A stretch of 63,972 bases of DNA, filler included, from Lama guanicoe (GCA_013239625.1; 79 parts of 77 records of this genome joined end to end with filler, not necessarily neighbours in it); one strand, 5' to 3'. Shown: positions 48,561 to 60,539, counted from the whole stretch's first letter. Numbers and translations are program-made. Notes: a model not told the origin generated them from the sequence alone.

Positions 48561-49573
48561 AACCTATTGTATATGTTTTAAACTTTGGTTTTCAATTGCT
48601 CAGGTCACNNNNNNNNNNNNNNNNNNNNNNNNNNNNNNNNNNNNNNNNNNNNTTAATTAATTAANNNNNNNNNNNNNNNNNNNNNNNNNNNNNNNNNNNN
48701 NNNNNNNNTTATAATTGAATAAGAAGTAAAATTTGAGAGGGTAATAGAAAATGGAAGAGGTAAAAACAGATTAAAACAAGGGGTTGTCTGTGTCCTCCTA
48801 GAAACTGTGCACATTTAATGTGAAGTTTTTCTGTATTCATTCTGTTTTGGAAGCTCATCTTTCTGTTTTCAGAGGCCCTCCATTGGAGCCTTCATTTGTG
48901 ATGCTCCCAGTGCCTATCTGCAAGCAGATCNNNNNNNNNNNNNNNNNNNNNNNNNNNNNNNNNNNNNNNNNNNNNNNNNNNNNNNNNNNNNNNNNNNNNN
49001 NNNNNNNNNNNNNNNNNNNNNNNNNNNNNNNNNNNNNNNNNNNNNNNNNNNNNNNNNNNNNNNNNNNNNNNNNNNNNNNNNNNNNNNNNNNNNNNNNNNN
49101 NNNNNNNNNNNNNNNNNNNNNNNNNNNNNNNNNNNNNNNNNNNNNNNNNNNNNNNNNNNNNNNNNNNNNNNNNNNNNNNNNNNNNNNNNNNNNNNNNNNN
49201 NNNNNNNNNNNNNNNNNNNNNNNNNNNNNNNNNNNNNNNNNNNNNNNNNNNNNNNNNNNNNNNNNNNNNNNNNNNNNNNNNNNNNNNNNNNNNNNNNNNN
49301 NNNNNNNNNNNNNNNNNNNNNNNNNNNNNNNNNNNNNNNNNNNNNNNNNNNNNNNNNNNNNNNNNNNNNNNNNNNNNNNNNNNNNNNNNNNNNNNNNNNN
49401 NNNNGGTTGTGTCTGAGCCCCAGATCTCTTCACCTAGAAACCTTTGTGGATTTTCAGAGATGGGGATTGCACCNNNNNNNNNNNNNNNNNNNNNNNNNNN
49501 NNNNNNNNNNNNNNNNNTTAATTAATTAANNNNNNNNNNNNNNNNNNNNNNNNNNNNNNNNNNNNNNNNNNNN

Positions 49574-50260
49574 CGAGCCAAAAAATATCAGGAAACTCAA
49601 TGGATGTGATAATATCAGGGTTTAAATTTAGTCAAAAGCAGACTAGATAATGCAGAGGGACGCGTGAATGATTGTGAAGACAGGGGAACAGAAAAACCTC
49701 AGTCAGAAGCAGACATAGGAAAGCAAGTGCAAACCAATGTAAACATTGCTGTAGAACCATGGGTTAAGACAGGGCATGAAAGACTAGAATTCATAAGAGT
49801 CCCAGATGGAAAAGCAAGAGATAAAGAAACAAAAAATGTCTGAAAATTTATCTGTAGAAAAATCAGACTGAAACTTGCTGAAAGCCAAGAAAGTATCATC
49901 TATGNNNNNNNNNNNNNNNNNNNNNNNNNNNNNNNNNNNNNNNNNNNNNNNNNNNNNNNNNNNNNNNNNNNNNNNNNNNNNNNNNNNNNNNNNNNNNNNN
50001 NNNNNNNNNNNNNNNNNNNNNNNNNNNNNNNNNNNNNNNNNNNGGTTTCAGCTGATATCTCGGCAGCAATATTGCAGGACAGGGAGGAGTGTCAGGACAC
50101 AGACCATAACCTGAATGGCCAAATGCTGCCACCTAGGGTAGCCGATGCCACATGACCGCCATTTATAATAACTGCTGATCTAGTGAATTTCACAGACTGG
50201 CAATTCTTAAAAGAATTCAGCAGTTTAAAATTTATCCTAAAGAATGGTTGAGAAATGTAC
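49574..50260 (+). mobile_element. Strongly diverged LINE-1 ORF1 remnant
   Basis: VKSRLDNAEGRVNDCEDR...LEFIRVPDGKARDK resembles SRLDEAEERISELEDR...IRIIGVPEGEEREK; SADISAAILQDREE...FTDWQFLKEF resembles SADFSAETLQARRE...FPDKQKLKEF. Confidence 0.75.
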
Positions 50261-50783
50261 CCTGAATAGAAATGCAGCAAGATGAAATGGAAAGAATAAA
50301 CCATTATTGGAAATTCAAGAAGAGCATGAGTGGCAAAGAAGCAATAAGAAGAAGGCAAGTAGGACATCAAAACCCTAAATATGGGAGAGATAAGCAGGAA
50401 AACATAGGTGATTGGAAGCACTCTCTTAAGTGAATCAGCTTATTTGACTCTCTGTTTGAAGAGAAAGGGGAGATGCATGGCCTGACTTGTTTGCGAAAAA
50501 AGCTAGAAGCCGACCAACAAAGAATCAAACCTAAAAACAAGCACCAAAATGGTACGGTTGGCTGACATTTAATTCGGGAAACACGACTATTCAAAAGAAA
50601 ATTCTAAAGGTGATGTCAAGTATCATTCAGAATTCATCGACCCAGTATCGGGCTTGCATGTACTCAGCACACTTGTATTCGGANNNNNNNNNNNNNNNNN
50701 NNNNNNNNNNNNNNNNNNNNNNNNNNNTTAATTAATTAANNNNNNNNNNNNNNNNNNNNNNNNNNNNNNNNNNNNNNNNNNNN

Positions 50784-50977
50784 AATCTGAAAAAGAATAT
50801 ATATAAAAGAAAACATATATAATTATATTATATATATAAAAGAATACACATATAATTATATTTTATATATATATAACTGAATCACTTTGCTGTACACCTG
50901 AAACTACCCAACATTGTAAATCGTATACTTCAGTAATAAAATAAAATAAAATAAAATAAAATAAAATAAAATAAAAA
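50784..50977 (+). mobile_element. LINE-1 3' terminus with (AAAAT)n tail
   Basis: ataactgaatcactttgctgtacacctgaaacta...cattgtaaatc...tacttcag followed by (AAAAT)n. Confidence 0.85.
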
Positions 50978-51556
50978 ATTTAAAAGAGAGAGAGACTTCA
51001 TAAAACCTGCTGTTTAACCACCCCCTTCCCCTGCCTTGTGTTTGGAGGCAGAGGATTCAGCAGGGAGAATTGTGGGCATTTGAATTATCCTCCTGCTGAA
51101 GCTCAAGAGTGTTCAAGGTGAAGGTCCTTGCGTGGGGGGCAGCTGGCCTTCGGGGTTTGCGAGCTGGTGGTGTCTGCCTCTGCCNNNNNNNNNNNNNNNN
51201 NNNNNNNNNNNNNNNNNNNNNNNNNNNNTTAATTAATTAANNNNNNNNNNNNNNNNNNNNNNNNNNNNNNNNNNNNNNNNNNNNGTGTGTGTGTGTGTGT
51301 GTGTGTATGCATGTGTGTGTGTGAGACAGAGAGAGAGAGAGACATGACCACATTCTGTTTTAAAAGGATCACTATGGATGCAATATACACATAACAGTCT
51401 GAATGGGGCTGGGGCCGTGGGGTGAATGCAGACAGATCAGGAGGAGGCACCTGCAGAGAGCACAGGCCGAGGCAGCTGAACCCGGAGTCAGATGGGGAGG
51501 CAGGAAACTGGAAGCAAGTGATTAAGAACACTGCCAACGTCTGGCAAAACCGACTG

Positions 51557-52191
51557 GAGAAGACATCCAGATGGCCGACAAGCACATGAAAAGATGCTCA
51601 GCATCAACAATTGTTAGAGAAATGCAAATCAAAACTACGATGAGGTATCACCTCACACCGGTTAGAATGGCCATCATTCAAAAGTTCACAAATGACAAAT
51701 GCTGGAGAGGGTGTGGAGAAAAGGGAATGCTCCTTCACTGCTGGTGGGAATGTGGTTTGGTGCAGCCACTGTGGAAAACAGTATGGAGATTCCCCAAAAG
51801 ACTAGGAATAGACCTAACATAAGATGCATTAATCCCACTCCTGGGCATATATCTAGAGGAAAATAGAATTCAAAAAGACACGTGCACCCCAATTTTCACA
51901 GCACCACTATTTACAATTACAATAGACAAGACATGGAAACAACACCAATGTCCATCGACAGATGACTGGATAAAGAAGCTGTGGTATATTTATACAACAG
52001 AATACTATGCAGCCATAAAAAATAATGCCATTTGCAGCAACATAGATGGACCTGGAGAATGTCATTCTAAGTGAGGCCAGAAAGAGAAAGAAAAATGTTG
52101 CATGATATCACTTATATGTAGAATCTAAAAAAAAAAAAAAGGACATGAATGAACTTATCTACAAAACAGAAACAGACTCACAGACATAGAG
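51557..52191 (+). mobile_element. 5'-truncated LINE-1 (ORF2 C-terminus and 3' UTR)
   Basis: [38 protein letters not shown]...[29 protein letters not shown]. Confidence 0.96.
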
Positions 52192-52291
52192 NNNNNNNNN
52201 NNNNNNNNNNNNNNNNNNNNNNNNNNNNNNNNNNNTTAATTAATTAANNNNNNNNNNNNNNNNNNNNNNNNNNNNNNNNNNNNNNNNNNNN

Positions 52292-53065
52292 TGCCTGTCC
52301 TGGAGTGTGCAGGCCCATGTGTGTGCAATCAAGGAGTGTGTGGGTCCAGTAGTGTGCAATACCAGGCCAGAGAAGGCCATTGCCAGGGAAGGCCCAGGAG
52401 TGTACAGATCCAGGAGTGTGCAGGCCCAGGAGTGTGCATGCGCAGGACTGTGCAGGCACAGGAGGGAGCAGGCCGAGGAGGGTGCNNNNNNNNNNNNNNN
52501 NNNNNNNNNNNNNNNNNNNNNNNNNNNNNNNNNNNNNNNNNNNNNNNNNNNNNNNNNNNNNNNNNNNNNNNNNNNNNNNNNNNNNNNNNNNNNNNNNNNN
52601 NNNNNNNNNNNNNNNNNNNNNNNNNNNNNNNNNNNNNNNNNNNNNNNNNNNNNNNNNNNNNNNNNNNNNNNNNNNNNNNNNNNNNNNNNNNNNNNNNNNN
52701 NNNNNNNNNNNNNNNNNNNNNNNNNNNNNNNNNNNNNNNNNNNNNNNNNNNNNNNNNNNNNNNNNNNNNNNNNNNNNNNNNNNNNNNNNNNNNNNNNNNN
52801 NNNNNNNNNNNNNNNNNNNNNNNNNNNNNNNNNNNNNNNNNNNNNNNNNNNNNNNNNNNNNNNNNNNNNCAGGTTCGTGCAGACCCAGGTGTGCGCAGGT
52901 CCAGGAGCGTGCAGACCCAGGAGTGTGCAGACACAATATGGAACAGGCCCAGGAGTGTGCAGGCTAAAGGGTGTGCATACCCAGGACTATGCAGGCCCAG
53001 GAATGTGCAGACACTAGAGGGAGCAGGCACACTAGTGTACTGGCACAGGAGTGTACAGCCCAGGT
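52292..53065 (+). repeat. 16-bp minisatellite, consensus about TGTGCAGGCCCAGGAG
   Basis: ccaggag at 52394, 52410 and 52426; the array continues after the gap. Confidence 0.9.
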
Positions 53066-53165
53066 NNNNNNNNNNNNNNNNNNNNNNNNNNNNNNNNNNN
53101 NNNNNNNNNTTAATTAATTAANNNNNNNNNNNNNNNNNNNNNNNNNNNNNNNNNNNNNNNNNNNN

Positions 53166-53604
53166 AGAATATAGTATACAGAATACTGAATATAGAATTT
53201 AGAATATAGAATGTCGAACACGTTATAAAGAATATACAATAAGGAATGCAGAATATAGAAGGTAAAATATAGAATGATGCACACAAAATTTAGAATATAC
53301 AATAGAGAATAAAGAAGCCAGAATTTTAACATGGAATGCAGAACACAGAATTTTAAATATAGAATACAGTATACTGAATATAGAATTTAGAATATAGAAG
53401 TAGAACACAGAATATAGAAAATAGAATACGGAATGTAGAATATAAAATACAGAATATAGAATATAGAACACAGAATATAGAATATGGAAAACGAAATACA
53501 GCACCCAGAATTTAAACATGTAATGCAGAACACAGAATTTTGTATATAGAACAATGAATACTGAATATAGAATTTAGAACATTGAATGCTGAAAACAGAT
53601 TTTA
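53166..53604 (+). repeat. 7-bp AGAATAT satellite
   Basis: Heptamer array. Confidence 0.95.
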
Positions 53605-54312
53605 NNNNNNNNNNNNNNNNNNNNNNNNNNNNNNNNNNNNNNNNNNNNTTAATTAATTAANNNNNNNNNNNNNNNNNNNNNNNNNNNNNNNNNNNNNNNN
53701 NNNNCAGGAGATTACAATGTTAAGTACGACTGTGGGGGCATCATTTCTATGTTAAGAGGCCAGAAGGCCTTACATGTCTCTCATGCAGGATGTCTAAGTT
53801 GCAGAGGGAAACTAGATTCCATCCAGCTCTCCAGCCAAGGAGGAGACCAGAAGTGGCCTCCTCCACCAACTGTGAGCTCTTTGCCTCCACTGACAGCAGC
53901 AGCTATAGCAAAAAGCTGGGCTGCCACCTGCGTTTCCGTGTAAACATCCGAGTAGCCACAGCAATGGCCTCGTGGGGGATGGTGTGCCCAAGGAAGAATG
54001 GAGGGAGCAGTGCCAGGGTCAGACACCGGGCCGGCAGGCAGGCAGTGAGGACATCTGTGCAGCGCAGGCGCCATGGAACTGAGACAAAGGGAGGCAGGTT
54101 TTGCAGCAGGGAGCCTGGGCAGTGCCGTGTTGCTCCTAAGAAGATCCTGGGTTCTGTATCCATGAAGTCTTTGGCTTGATTCCTGACCCTAACCCTCATC
54201 TTGGGCAAATGTNNNNNNNNNNNNNNNNNNNNNNNNNNNNNNNNNNNNNNNNNNNNTTAATTAATTAANNNNNNNNNNNNNNNNNNNNNNNNNNNNNNNN
54301 NNNNNNNNNNNN

Positions 54313-55079
54313 TTTTTTTTGCTGTGAGCTACCACAAGATCTTGTATAGATTTCTCTGTACTATACGGTATAATCTAGCTTATCTATTCTGCATATGCCT
54401 GTCAGTATCTACAAATTTGTAAATCCCAGTCTGTCCCTTCCCACCCCCTCCCCCTTGGCAACCACAAGTCTGTATCCTATGTCTATGAGTCTGTTTCTGT
54501 TTTATATGTAAGTTCATTTGTCTTTTTTTTGGGTTCCATACATGAGTGATATCATATGGTGTTTTTCTTTCTGTTTCTGGCTTACTTCACTTAGAATGAC
54601 ATTCTCCAGGGACATCCATGTTGCTGCAAATGGCGTTATGTCGGTTTTTATGGCTGAGTCGTATTCCATCGTATAAATATACCACATCTTCTTTATCCAG
54701 TCATCTGTTGATGGACATTTAAGCTGTTTCCATGTCTTGGCTATTGTAAATAGTGCTGCTGTGAACATTGGGGTGCAGGTGTCATTTTGAAGTAGGATTC
54801 CTTCTGGATATATGCACAGTGCCTGCACCATACTGCATTCCCACCAGCAGTGTAGATTTCCCTTTTCTCCACAGCCTCTCTGGCACTTGTCATTTGTAGA
54901 CTTTTGAATGATGGCCATTCTGGCTGGTGTGAGGTGATATCTTATTATAGTTTTGATTTCCATTTCTCTGATAATTAGTTATATTGAGCATTTTTTCATG
55001 TGCCTGTTGATCATTTGTATTTCTTCCTCAGAGAATTGCTTGTTTAGGTCTTCTGCCCATTTTTGGATTGGTTTTTTTT
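54313..55079 (-). mobile_element. LINE-1 3' portion, antisense
   Basis: Minus strand gives [10 protein letters not shown]...[19 protein letters not shown]...[40 protein letters not shown]. Confidence 0.96.
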
Positions 55080-55442
55080 NNNNNNNNNNNNNNNNNNNNN
55101 NNNNNNNNNNNNNNNNNNNNNNNNNNNNNNNNNNNNNNNNNNNNNNNNNNNNNNNNNNNNNNNNNNNNNNNNNNNNNNNNNNNNNNNNNNNNNNNNNNNN
55201 NNNNNNNNNNNNNNNNNNNNNNNNNNNNNNNNNNNNNNNNNNNNNNNNNNNNNNNNNNNNNNNNNNNNNNNNNNNNNNNNNNNNNNNNNNNNNNNNNNNN
55301 NNNNNNNNNNNNNNNNNNNNNNNNNNNNNNNNNNNNNNNNNNNNNNNNNNNNNNNNNNNNNNNNNNNNNNNNNNNNNNNNNNNNNNNNNNNNNNNNNNNN
55401 NNNNNNNNNNNNNNNNNNNNNNNNNNNNNNNNNNNNNNNNNN

Positions 55443-55569
55443 ATATTATAGAGATAATCAAAACAGCATGGTATTGGTACAAAAACAGACATATGGACCA
55501 ATGAAACACAATAGAGAGCCCAGAAATGAATCCACAAACTTTTGGTCAACTAATCTTTGACAAGACAAA
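55443..55569 (+). mobile_element. LINE-1 ORF2 fragment, sense (inverted relative to 54313-55079)
   Basis: IKTAWYWYKNRHMDQ...[17 protein letters not shown]. Confidence 0.93.
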
Positions 55570-55669
55570 NNNNNNNNNNNNNNNNNNNNNNNNNNNNNNN
55601 NNNNNNNNNNNNNTTAATTAATTAANNNNNNNNNNNNNNNNNNNNNNNNNNNNNNNNNNNNNNNNNNNN

Positions 55670-56143
55670 GGTTGCCAGACCACTGAGCCACGCCACAGAT
55701 GCCAGGATGTGACAGAGCTGAGGGTGCATGACAAAGGCGTAACGCAGAGGACGACAGACTGCGACATAGCGATCGTAGGACATCACAGCCAAAAGGACAC
55801 ACTCTGTGGATCCCAGGGCAAGGGAGACATAGAGCTGAACCACACAGCCTCCATACGTGATAGACTTATCTGGACCCCCCAGGTTGACTAGAAGCTGAGG
55901 AATAATACTGCTGGTGACGCAAATGACGCAAAGGTCCAGTAATGAGAGATGGGAGAGGAAAAAGTACATGGGATTGTGGAGTTTAGAGTCCAAGAGGGAT
56001 ACTAGGATGATGGCAGCATTGCCGAGGAGTGTCATGAGGTAAAGGGACATGATTACCCCAAAGAGAACCAGCTCCAACTGAGGTCGGTCAGAAAAACCTA
56101 CCAGAATGAACCCAGAGAAGGTGCTGTCATTAGTCCACGGCAT
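55670..56143 (-). CDS. Olfactory receptor family 2 (OR2G2-like), N-terminal half, truncated by the scaffold end
   Basis: ATG at 56143; MPWTNDS (N-glycosylation site), [48 protein letters not shown], ending AWLSGLAT. No stops in the visible 158 codons. Confidence 0.95.
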
Positions 56144-56769
56144 TACTCTCACTTTGATTACTCACTCCAGAGTGATTAAATCACATTAAACAGAAACTGC
56201 AAGGATTTTATGTCAATTCCCTGGCAGTTAAGATCTGGATGTTGAGAAGTGAGTTTGTAAACAGTTAAAGAGAAAAGGCCAAAGCAGAGAATCCTGGTGT
56301 GTGATATCGTTGATTATCTCATGAAGTGGCATTCCTGGTCTCATTGGTCATAGGTTTTCCATCTACCTGGAGGATGAAATAAAAGTTAAAATGCATTAAC
56401 GCTGAGATTTTTCACACCTTTTCCTCAATATAATTTTTTATATAAAGGTNNNNNNNNNNNNNNNNNNNNNNNNNNNNNNNNNNNNNNNNNNNNTTAATTA
56501 ATTAANNNNNNNNNNNNNNNNNNNNNNNNNNNNNNNNNNNNNNNNNNNNCTGTGAAATACATGCCTGTTTGTAAGAAGCTGGAATTGGAGGGAACTCTAA
56601 AGTACCTTCCTTCTCACTAGTTCTGAGGTCTTTCAGTTATCTGCTGCTTCTCATCAGCACTTTGTCATTAATAAGTTAATCTCAACGTTTGTTACATTCC
56701 AGTTTATAGGAGACCAATTTCTACTCTACTGAAGTTACATTTCTTACTATCTTTTTTCATCCACTCTTC

Positions 56770-57248
56770 TGTTTATCTGTTTTTGCCTAACAAACTCCCC
56801 AAAGTTCAGTGGCTTAAATAAGCACTTATTTTGTTCACAACCTACACTTAGGAAAAGTGTGGCCAAGACAGCTGGCCTCTATTCCTCTCAGCTTCAGGTG
56901 GGGCAGCTCGAAGGCAGGGGGCTGGAATCACGTGAAGCTTCATCCATTGATGTCTGATGGTTGATGGCGGCGGTGGGCTGTGGCTTAGGTGGAGCAGGCA
57001 GGTGGACCACCTCCCCTGGAACACGGGAGCTGTCTCTGTGGCCCGAGCTTGCCCGCCTGAGACTGGGTTCCAGGGTTAAGAGCGAGGCAGAAGCTGAAGT
57101 GCCTTTTCAAACCGAGCCCTGCAGCTCACTCGGTGCCACTTTCACCGTTTTCTGTTCATTAGGAGCAGGGCACTTAAGGTTGGCCCATATTGTACCTTTT
57201 TTATGGAATTAATTTTGAAAATTTATGGAGACATTCAAAAACCAGCAT
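56770..57248. mobile_element. MLT1-type MaLR LTR
   Basis: taacaaactccccaaagttcagtggcttaaa...gggctggaatca...gccactttcaccgttttctgttcattagg...aaaaccagca. Confidence 0.7.
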
Positions 57249-57971
57249 AATCTACTCACTAGCCACAATGTTTTCTTACTGCTTCCATACGAGAAAACGA
57301 CTTATCCCCACTCAGGCGTGAGCAGGTCTCGGTCGCTGTGGTGTTAGGCTCAGGCTCCAGCCCAGGGTCTTTCCCATCTTCACCAGGTCCAGGTGGGGCT
57401 GAGGCTTCTGGCCGTGGTTTCTGGAGTACAGCCCTTGGGTACACTCCTCTCAGTGCNNNNNNNNNNNNNNNNNNNNNNNNNNNNNNNNNNNNNNNNNNNN
57501 TTAATTAATTAANNNNNNNNNNNNNNNNNNNNNNNNNNNNNNNNNNNNNNNNNNNNACAGTGCATACTGCTCACGTAGTTTGAGGAATAGAATCCATTCC
57601 TATCACCAGGGTTGGCCCTGAATAGAGCACGACTGCATCAACTGATGGTATAAGAACGAAACATATCTCATATTGCTTACCATACGGTTCATTCTCCTGA
57701 AATGTCCCTGAAGCTCTACTTGAAAACATAAAATTGCAAAGGAAGCAAGCACATGTTTTAAATTTCAAGAGATGAAACTAGAAAAAATAACAAAAACAAA
57801 AACACTATTCCTTTTAAGCAAATATTTTTGTTGGAATCACAGTAAAAATTAAAACATCCATTTATAAAAAACAAAAACCCAATGAAACAGTATGACAAAT
57901 ACTTCTGAAATAAGAGAAAACATAGCTTAAGAATCCAAACAGAATCTATACAAATACAAAACACACATTTT

Positions 57972-58233
57972 TGAGCCATAAAGACGGGTTTAATGAATCG
58001 AGGGGAATCAATTGACAAATGGATACAACGCAGGATATACCACTTACACCCGCCACAACTCATCAATGGTAGATTTATATAATACAATAAAAATCAAAAC
58101 GATGCTGGAGAACAGTAATATAAACATTAAAATTCCTTCATAAAATGCGATCCTGCACAATTGGTTCCTCAGCAGCATCTTCAAGGGAATGAGTAACATA
58201 TTCCACTGCATTTTCCTGCTGTGTTGAAACTTC
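57972..58233 (-). CDS. Candidate terminal exon (coding part plus 3' UTR) of an unidentified gene
   Basis: Strong acceptor tttcattttcttgtgtttttacag| at 58234. Phase-0 frame EVSTQQENAVEYVTHSLEDAAEEPIVQDRIL* (stop 58138-58140). ATTAAA at 57989-57994, CA 15 nt downstream, then a GU-rich element. Confidence 0.55.
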
Positions 58234-59009
58234 CTGTAAAAACACAAGAAAATGAAACAAACACAACCCTGAGGAACCATCCTACTCAAGCATTTGGCAG
58301 TTAATACTATCACAGCGAGGCAGCAGTTATCTACGGTGTCTATCACGTCACAGGCACTATCCCGGCAAAAGCTGGGNNNNNNNNNNNNNNNNNNNNNNNN
58401 NNNNNNNNNNNNNNNNNNNNTTAATTAATTAANNNNNNNNNNNNNNNNNNNNNNNNNNNNNNNNNNNNNNNNNNNNGGTGAGGCAGGCCCTGGGTCTCGC
58501 CAGGCTCAGCAGGGCAGGCGGCCCCGGCTCTCAGCTGGCTCCTCCTCTGCATCCGGCCAGGGGAGTCATCCTCCAGGTGGGGCCCAGGTCGGAGCGGCAG
58601 GCACGTCCCCGGGGAAGCGCAGGGAGCGCTCGCTGTGGTGTGAGGAGGAGAGAAGGGGGAGTCCTGGGTGTCCAGGGAGGGTGGGTGAGCCCAGGCACCC
58701 CGCCGCCTCTGATGTCTCACACAGGACATGCAGTGCAGATGTCCTGTGCCCCACTTCTGTCCAGCGCCATCTCTCCTGGGCCCTCAGGTGCCACTCTTCC
58801 TCCGGGGAGACAAATGGCGACAGCAGCCGTTACCAGGAAGGGGGGTGACAGCACACAGCTGCCCACACATTGAGACCAAAGCAGGGGAATCGCACCTCCG
58901 CTGTCGTGCGGCCCTGGGGCCCTAACCCTGGGAGGGGAGGAGCGGGGTTGGGCTGAGGACGCAGCTGAGGCTGCGGCTGGAGGGGACGTGGGGGGGGAGG
59001 ACTGGGAAC

Positions 59010-59225
59010 AAGAATAATGTGCGAACTTGATGAGTGCTGTGTGTCGGGCAGTGAGCTGGCGCCCCGTGAGGATGCTCTCGGTCCTTACAGGGATTATACG
59101 TACCCATTTTACGGAACAGGAAACTGAGATGCAGAGCGGTTAAGTAATAGGCCCAAGGTTCCACAGCTGCCAGGCAAAGAGGCTGAGGCCGGAGCCCATG
59201 ACTGGGCTGACTACAGTGCCCACTA
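59010..59225 (-). mobile_element. MIR SINE
   Basis: cccattttacggaacaggaaactgagatgcagagcggttaagtaataggcccaaggttccacagct. Confidence 0.85.
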
Positions 59226-60539
59226 CCCCAGACTAGGGGCCGGGGAGGGGTGGGCCTTGGTTGGTGTCTTTGTAGAGATTAGAGAAAAAAAGCTCTTTAC
59301 CCAAGACACTTTGCTTCTNNNNNNNNNNNNNNNNNNNNNNNNNNNNNNNNNNNNNNNNNNNNTTAATTAATTAANNNNNNNNNNNNNNNNNNNNNNNNNN
59401 NNNNNNNNNNNNNNNNNNTCCCTAGTAAAGAATCTATCTGTCCTCCCTCCCATCCCACCACTTCTTTATTTGTGAGAACTCTGTACTCCCCACACACCAT
59501 CTTGAAGGCAGGTGCCATGCTGGCTGGGACCGAGATGTTTCAGTCTCACACAGCCTGCGTCCTTTCACTTTCCCCTTTCTACCTTAAAAAGCCTTTCCTG
59601 AGTCTCCCACCCCTCTGATTCTGAACTTCACAAAATGCTGAGATTACAGTCACTATGTGCATACATCCCAGGTTTTGACTAGGTTTCCTTACTTCGCAAG
59701 ATCTTCATTAAGGAGCTGCATCAAGAAGTTTAAAGAGGCTTTTCTTACATCTGAGCGGAGGAGCCTGCATAAAATTTAAATGGCTTTGAAGTGAGAGATA
59801 ACCAGGGACAGAGAGGTCACAGGTCTTAGTCAATAGTGACACTAGGCAAAATGTTCTTCATATGTTCAGAGTGGCTTCTGAACACAGGGTCGGCAGGGTG
59901 GAGGTGTCAGGCTGTGAGTGGGATGAGTGACACAGGGTACGCTACACCAGCTGGGGAAGTATTGGATTTTGTTCTAGTTTTCCAAACAATTTCTTACTAC
60001 CTTTTTCCCTTATTGTCACATACCATTTCCTACGGATTAAGAAAATCAATATCAGTCATTTGAGCCACTTGGCAGAAGCTACACGATGCCATTTACAAGG
60101 CTGGGATATAACAGCCACACCAGTCTAGGTTGAAAGACCAGTGGGTGTATTTCCAAGGTAATCACGGGCATGCAGCAAACTCCCCAGCTTCAATGACCTC
60201 ATCTCAAATGTGAGGCCAATAAAACTACCAAGCAAAGTGCGTGATGATTATGGCCGCCATCTGTTTACTAGGTAAGTGCCCGTGACAGCTCAGCTGAATG
60301 GGGAATAAGTATGATCAACGAGGCCGAGTCAACCTGGCCACACGCGCCCTTCCTTCCTACCTTGGTGCCGGAGCGGAGTTTGTTTAGCTGAANNNNNNNN
60401 NNNNNNNNNNNNNNNNNNNNNNNNNNNNNNNNNNNNTTAATTAATTAANNNNNNNNNNNNNNNNNNNNNNNNNNNNNNNNNNNNNNNNNNNNACAATTAA
60501 AGATATGAAGATGCAACCAAAAATTTGTGTAGGAAGGGT

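Noticed and set aside
53749..54208. Overlapping ORFs of 64-129 aa on both strands
   Set aside because: GC-rich sequence with no recognisable domain or splice structure; likely chance.
58421..59000. GC-rich ORFs (131 aa and 102 aa)
   Set aside because: Their composition is typical of GC-rich non-coding DNA next to a MIR, and I recognise no homology.
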